From Macrostomum lignano (lineage: Eukaryota), in assembly GCA_002269645.1 (NCBI GenBank), contig NIVC01003480.1:31938-95937 (forward strand): a stretch of 64,000 nt of DNA. The letters are read 5' to 3'. Of this stretch, positions 57,401 to 64,000 are shown piece after piece. Position 1 is the stretch's first letter. Each line of letters starts with the position of its first letter. The translations under genes and the position numbers were made by a program. The notes under the pieces were generated by a model. That model saw nothing but the letters and a program-made list of their open reading frames with translations. It did not search any database and had not been told where the DNA came from.

Positions 57401-60400
57401 AATCTAGTTAATACACGGATGCAGGAATAGAATGGATTGCTAATCTAGCCAATACACGGATGCAGGAATAGAATGAATTGCTAATCTAGTTAATACACGG
57501 ATGCAGGAATAGAATGGATTGCTAATCTAGCCAATACACGGATGCAGAAATAGAATGGATTGCTAATCTAGCCAATGCACGGATGCAGGAACGGAATGGA
57601 TTGCTAATCTAACCTACATGGTCAGTGTGTGCCGGTCATTTTCTCATAAAATTCAATTAATTCTGCCCTGCGTAAACATTTCTGCTCAAAGGAAAACCGC
57701 AGTCGAATTGATCAGTGCACGATGCGAATCACGATTTTCCTTTGTTGAAAATCAATAATTTGGTGATTAACTTATTTTTAGCATCGTTGAAAAATTTTCG
57801 ATCCGTATGATAGCCATTGGGTGCCTGCCCTCAATCCGCTACCTGACACTCCGGTCTCTCACCTGACACTCCAGTCTCTATCTTGACAATCCAGTCTCTC
57901 ACCTGACACTCCAGTCTCTCGCCTGACACTTCAGTCTCTCACCTGACACTCCAGTCTCTATCCTGACACCCCAGTCTCTATCTTGACACTCCAGTCTCTC
58001 ACCTGACACTCCAGTCTCTCACCTGACACTCCAGTCTCTCACCTGACACTCCAGTCTCTCACCTGACACTCCAGTCTCTCACCTGACACCCCAGTCTCTA
58101 TCTTGACACTCCAGTCTCTCACCTGAAACTCCAGTCTCTCACCTGACACTCCAGTCTCGGTCCTGACACTCCAGTCTCTCACCTGACACCCCAGTCTCTA
58201 TCTTGACACTCCAGTCTCTCACCTGAAACTCCAGTCTCTCACCTGACACCCCAGTCTCTCACCTGACACTCCAGTCTCTCACCTGACACTCCAGTCTCTC
58301 ACCTGACACCCCAGTCTCTCACCTGACACTCCAGTCTCTCACCTGACACTCCAGTCTCTCGCCTGACACTCCTGTCTCACCTGACACTCCAGTCTCACCT
58401 GACACTCCAGTCTCTCACCTGACACCCCAGTCTCTATCTTGACACTCCAGTCTCCCACCTGACACTCCAGTCTCTCGCCTGACACTCCTGTCTCACCTGA
58501 CACTCCAGTCTCACCTGACACTCCAGTCTCTCACCTGACACCCCAGTCTCTATCTTGACACTCCAGTCTCTCACCTGAAACTCCAGTCTCTCACCTGACA
58601 CTCCAGTCTCTCACCTGAAACTCCAGTCTCTCACCTGACACTCCAGTCTCTCACCTGACACTCCAGTCTCTCGCCTGACACTCCAGTCTCTCACCTGACA
58701 CTCCAGTCTCTCACCTGACACTCCAGTCTCTCGCCTGACACTCCAGTCTCACCTGACACTCCAGTCTCTATCCTGACACCCCAGTCTCTATCTTGATACT
58801 CCAGTCTCTCACTTGACACTCCAGTCTCTCACCTGACACTCCAGTCTCTCACCTGACACTCCAGTCTCTCACCTGACACCCCAGTCTCTCACCTGACACT
58901 CCAGTCTCTCACCTGACACTCCAGTCTCTCGCCTGACACTCCTGTCTCACCTGACACTCCAGTCTCACCTGACACTCCAGTCTCTCACCTGACACCCCAG
59001 TCTCTATCTTGACACTCCAGTCTCCCACCTGACACTCCAGTCTCTCGCCTGACACTCCTGTCTCACCTGACACTCCAGTCTCACCTGACACTCCAGTCTC
59101 TCACCTGACACCCCAGTCTCTATCTTGACACTCCAGTCTCTCACCTGAAACTCCAGTCTCTCACCTGACACTCCAGTCTCTCACCTGAAACTCCAGTCTC
59201 TCACCTGACACTCCAGTCTCTCACCTGACACTCCAGTCTCTCGCCTGACACTCCAGTCTCTCACCTGACACTTTAGTCTCTCACCTGACACTCCAGTCTC
59301 TCGCCTGACACTCCAGTCTCACCTGACACTCCAGTCTCTATCCTGACACCCCAGTCTCTATCTTGATACTCCAGTCTCTCACTTGACACTCCAGTCTCTC
59401 ACCTGACACTCCAGTCTCTCACCTGACACTCCAGTCTCTCACCTGACACTCCAGTCTCTATCCTGACACCCCAGTCTCTATCTTGACACTCCAGTCTCTC
59501 ACCTGACACTCCAGTCTCTCACCTGACACTCCAGTCTCTCACCTGACACTCCAGTCTCTCACCTGACACTCCAGTCTCTCACCTGACACTCCAGTCTCTC
59601 ACCTGACACCCCAGTCTCTATCTTGACACTCCAGTCTCTCACCTGAAACTCCAGTCTCTCACCTGACACTCCAATCTCTCACCTGACACTCCAGTCTCTC
59701 ACCTGACACTCCAGTCTCTCACCTGACACCCCAGTCTCTATCTTGACACTCCAGTCTCTCACCTGAAACTCCAGTCTCTCACCTGACACTCCAGTCTCTC
59801 ACCTGACACCCTAGTCTCTCACCTGACACTCCAGTCTCTCACCTGACACTCCAGTCTCTCACCTGACACTCCAGTCTCTCACCTGACACTCCAGTCTCTC
59901 ACCTGACACTCCAGTCTCTCACCTGAAACTCCAGTCTTTCACCTGACACTCCAGTCTCTCACCTGACACCCAGTCTCTATCTTGACACTCCAGTCTCTCA
60001 TCTGAAACTCCAGTCTCTCACCTGACACTCCAGTCTCTATCTTGACACTCCGGTCTCTCACCTGACACTCCAGTCTCTCACCTGAAACTCCAGTCTCTCA
60101 CCTGACACTCCAGTCTCTCACCTGACACCCCAGTCTCTATCTTGACACTCCAGTCTCTCACCTGACACCCCAGTCTCTATCTTGACACTCCAGTCTCTCA
60201 CCTGAAACTCCAGTCTCTCACCTGACACTCCAGTCTCTCACCTGACACCCCAGTCTCTATCTTGACACTCCAGTCTCTCACCTGACACTCCAGTCTCTCA
60301 CCTGACACTCCAGTCTCTATCTTGACACTCCGGTCTCTCACCTGACACTCCAGTCTCTCACCTGACACTCTAGTCTCTCACCTGACACTCCAGTCTCGGT

Positions 60401-61038
60401 CCTGACACTCCAGTCTCTCACCTGACACTCCAGTCTCTCACCTGACACCCCAGTCTCACCTGACACTTGTCTACGATCTGGAGAATCGAGCCTAAAAGAT
60501 AAGGTTGTTATTTGACGTAAAAGTGCAAATCTGTCCTGGTTCGGCTCGGCAATTGCGGGTGTCTGCGCAGCAGGATGAAATCAGGGCTTTGGGGATTCGG
60601 AGGGGATCCTTCGAGTGGATAACAATTTTTGCATCAAGGAAACGGAGGCGCCAGGCATGAGCGGGGAAGAATATCCCAATCCCTCTGTTCGCTCACCTTG
60701 AAAAACTTGGCTGATGCTAAGATCCCCCATAGGAAGTTCCTTGTGGTTTGTCTTTCATCTTCTCCTTGCTAAAACCAGAATCCCCTAATTCATACACGAT
60801 GAGGCTTCTTCTAGTAAATTTATCATAACAAATTTCCACGCATTCGAACTAGAAATTTAAAGAAAACTTCTTATAGTTATTGGCCAAGCTTTAGTCGCAA
60901 TAGCCAGTTTCAATTTGTAGCCATGGCAACCAGGCCTGTAAAAATCCTTACCCGAGTGTTTCGCAGGCAGACGGGCATGCAGAACAGGCAGCTTATCTCC
61001 CACAGTGTTTTCCTTGACCTTTTGTTACGAAATATTTC
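54476..61038 (-). CDS. Putative unannotated multi-exon gene, product unknown (incomplete model)
   Basis: Minus-strand exons 61038-60952, 60768-60697 and 60562-60460 have consensus AG/GT ends, each is open in only one frame, and their phases match. Candidate 3' exons 55204-55105 and 54570-54476 (stop) also join in frame. Confidence 0.45.
55470..57612. repeat. 41-bp minisatellite with internal 656-bp duplication
   Basis: GAATAGAATGGATTGCTAATCTAGCCAATACACGGATGCAG; variant GCAGTTAT ends at 56280 and 56936. Confidence 0.95.
57841..60468. repeat. 20-bp minisatellite with 570-bp duplicated block
   Basis: CACCTGACACTCCAGTCTCT; identical ORF-track translations at 58339 and 58909. Confidence 0.95.
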
Positions 61039-61224
61039 CTGTAAACGGGCTATCCAGACATTGAAACCAGTGCTGACTGATCAATGATTTCTTCTATTTC
61101 TAGCCGTTTAGGAGAAAGTGCGCAGTTCTTGCTGATCGAACACTTGCTATCAGGAGTATTGTGGAGCTATTGATAATTTTAGTAACCGCATTTTGTTGCG
61201 TTTCCAACTGCACTGATTTCATTC

Positions 61225-63012
61225 ACTGTTCTACCCTCTGTTCTACCCTCTGTTCTACCCTCGGTTCTACCCTCTGTTTTACCCTCTGTTTATCCTCTGT
61301 TCTACCCTCTGTTCTACCCTCTGTTTTACCCTCTGTTCTACCCTCTGTTCTATCCTCTGTTCTACCCTCTGTTCTATCCTCTGTTCTATCCTCTGTTCTA
61401 CCCTCTGTTCTATCCTTTGTTCTACCCTGTGCCCTACCCTCTGTTCTATCCTCTGTTCTATCATTTGTTCTATCCTCTGTTCTACCCTCTGTTCTACCCT
61501 CTGTTCTACCCTCTGTTCTACCCTCTGTTCTACCCTCTGTTTTACCCTCTGTTCTACCCTCTGTTCTATCCTCTGTTCTACCCTCTGTTCTACCCTCTGT
61601 TCTACCCTCTGTTCTATCCTCTGTTCTACCCTCTGTTCTACCCTCTGTTCTACCCTCTGTTCTACCCTCTGTTCTACCCTCTGTTCTACCCTCTGTTCTA
61701 CCCTCTGTTCTACCCTCTGTTCTACCCTCTGTTTTACCCTCTGTTTATCCTTTGTTCTACCCTGTGCCCTACCCTCTGTTCTACCCTCTGTTCTATCCTC
61801 TGTTCTCTCCTCTGTTCTATCCTCTGTTCTCTCCTCTGTTCTATCCTCTGTTCTCTCCTCTGTTCTACCCTCTGTTCTACCCTCTGTTCTACCCTCTGTT
61901 CTACCCTCTGTTCTACCCTCTGTTCTACCCTCTGTTCTACCCTCTGTTCTACCCTCTGTTCTACCCTCTGTTCTACCCTCTGTTCTACCCTCTGTTTATC
62001 CTTTGTTCTACCCTGTGCCCTACCTCTGTTCTACCCTCTGTTCTATCCTCTGTTCTCTCCTCTGTTCTATCCTCTGTTCTCTCCTCTGTTCTATCCTCTG
62101 TTCTATCCTCTGTTCTATCCTCTGTTCTATCCTCTGTTCTACCCTCTGTTCTACCCTCTGTTCTACCCTCTGTTCTACCCTCTGTTTTACCCTCTGTTCT
62201 ACCCTCTGTTCTATCCTCTGTTCTACCCTCTGTTCTACCCTCTGTTCTACCCTCTGTTCTACCCTCTGTTCTACCCTCTGTTCTACCCTCTGTTCTACCC
62301 TCTGTTCTACCCTCTGTTCTACCCTCTGTTCTACCCTCTGTTCTACCCTCTGTTCTACCCTCTGTTCTACCCTCTGTTCTACCCTCTGTTTTACCCTCTG
62401 TTTATCCTTTGTTCTACCCTGTGCCCTACCCTCTGTTCTACCCTCTGTTCTATCCTCTGTTCTCTCCTCTGTTCTATCCTCTGTTCTCTCCTCTGTTCTA
62501 TCCTCTGTTCTCTCCTCTGTTCTACCCTCTGTTCTACCCTCTGTTCTACCCTCTGTTCTACCCTCTGTTCTACCCTCTGTTCTACCCTCTGTTCTACCCT
62601 CTGTTCTACCCTCTGTTCTACCCTCTGTTCTACCCTCTGTTCTACCCTCTGTTCTACCCTCTGTTTTACCCTCTGTTTATCCTTTGTTCTACCCTGTGCC
62701 CTACCCTCTGTTCTACCTCTGTTCTATCCTCTGTTCTCTCCTCTGTTCTACCCTCTGTTCTACCCTCTGTTCTACCCTCTGTTCTACCCTCTGTTCTACC
62801 CTCTGTTCTACCCTCTGTTCTACCCTCTGTTTTACCTCTGTTTATCCTTTGTTCTACCCTGTGCCCTACCCTCTGTTCTACCCTCTGTTCTACCCTCTGT
62901 TCTATCCTCTGTTCTCTCCTCTGTTCTATCCTCTGTTCTCTCCTCTGTTCTATCCTCTGTTCTATCCTCTGTTCTATCCTCTGTTCTACCCTCTGTTCTA
63001 CTCTCTGTTCTA
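61225..63012. repeat. 12-bp minisatellite
   Basis: CTCTGTTCTACC and variants. Confidence 0.95.
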
Positions 63013-63404
63013 TCTTATGTGGCATTCAATGATTTCGCGTGCACTGATCTTCGTATCTTTGTCTACAATATTTTCATATTCATAATCAATAAAAGCGCTC
63101 GAAGTTTGAGCATTTTTATAGTCAGACTCCATAGATTCATAATATATAAATTATGGTGCGTTTTGGCCAACTGCAAAATGGAATATATAAGGTCATTTAA
63201 TTACTCCTATTCAACGCATCTCTCTCCAGGCATTACCCTGCGAGTAATAATGCCTCAGCATTGAGTCTAGTTTTTCCCTGAGACTGATAAACTCTAGTCA
63301 CAGGAAAATAGGCTGCAATTCTGTGCTGCAATCTGATTTGTAGGTATAAATTCTCAGAAGCGAGCCTATCTCAGCTGGTGACTTCCGGGTAGAGTATACT
63401 GGAG

Positions 63405-64000
63405 TAGAGAGGAGAGAGGGAGGAGAGAGCAGAGAGGGAGGAGGGAGCCAGAGAGGGAGAGGAGAGAGGGAGGAGAGAGGAGAGAGGGGGAGAGAGAGGA
63501 GGGGGAGGAGAGAGCAGGAGGGGAGGAGAGAGGAGAGAGGGGAGGAGAAGGGAGAGAGGGGAGGAGAGAGGAGAGAGGGAGGAGAGAGGAGAGGGGAGGA
63601 GAGAGGAGAGAGGGGGGAGAGAGCAGAGAGGGGAGGAGAGAGCGAGAGAGGGGAGGAGAGAGCAGAGAGGGAGAGGGGAGCGAGAGGGAGAGAGAGAGGG
63701 GAGGAGAGAGGAGAGAGGGGAGGAGAGAGGAGAGAGGGGAGGAGAGAGGAGAGAGGGGGAGGAAGAGGAGAGAGGAGGAGAGAGGAGAGAGGCGAGGAGA
63801 GAGGAGAGAGGGGAGGAGAGAGCAGAGAGGGAGGAGGGAAGGAGAGGGGAGGAGAGAGCAGGAGAGGGGAGGAGGAGGAGCAGAGAGGGGAGAGGAGAGA
63901 GGGGGAGAGAGGAGAGAGGGGAGGAGAGAGGAGAGAGGGGAGGAGAGAGGAGAGGGGAGGAGAGAGGAGAGAGGCGAGGAGAGAGAGAGAGGGGAGGAGA
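63405..64000. repeat. GA-rich low-complexity tract
   Basis: Pure purine GGAGAGA-type repeats to the end of the window. Confidence 0.95.

Noticed and set aside
61161-63264. ORFs of 360-623 aa
   Set aside because: Translations of a stop-free 12-bp repeat in all frames; no protein features.

Overview
Animal (bilaterian) nuclear DNA: GT-AG spliceosomal introns, a Dbx homeobox gene, a Cys-loop channel and TTAGGG repeats. Almost every intron and spacer holds its own minisatellite; this architecture resembles macrostomid flatworms (inference only). Most long ORFs in the track are repeat artefacts. Plus-strand genes reconstructed by hand: 3' part of an ABCB6/HMT-1 transporter, an orphan two-exon gene, a GluCl/GlyR-type anion channel, a tight co-directional run C2orf69 - FKBP12 - DNAJC27 - UQCRQ - ilvD, and Dbx. 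A probable unannotated multi-exon gene lies on the minus strand at about 54.5-61 kb. Mobile DNA: a MITE with an 8-bp TSD, decayed RNase H-bearing LINEs, a tRNA-headed CORE-type SINE and a foldback element. Top leads: (1) an intron-containing ilvD (dihydroxy-acid dehydratase) with no transit peptide, an enzyme of a pathway most animals lack, ending a probable SL-trans-spliced operon; (2) a MITE carrying 28S rRNA helix-69 sequence that is scrambled exactly over the R2/I-PpoI cut site; (3) minisatellites built from splice donors, giving six in-frame donors inside the Dbx homeodomain. No database searches were run; exon coordinates are manual and repeat boundaries approximate.
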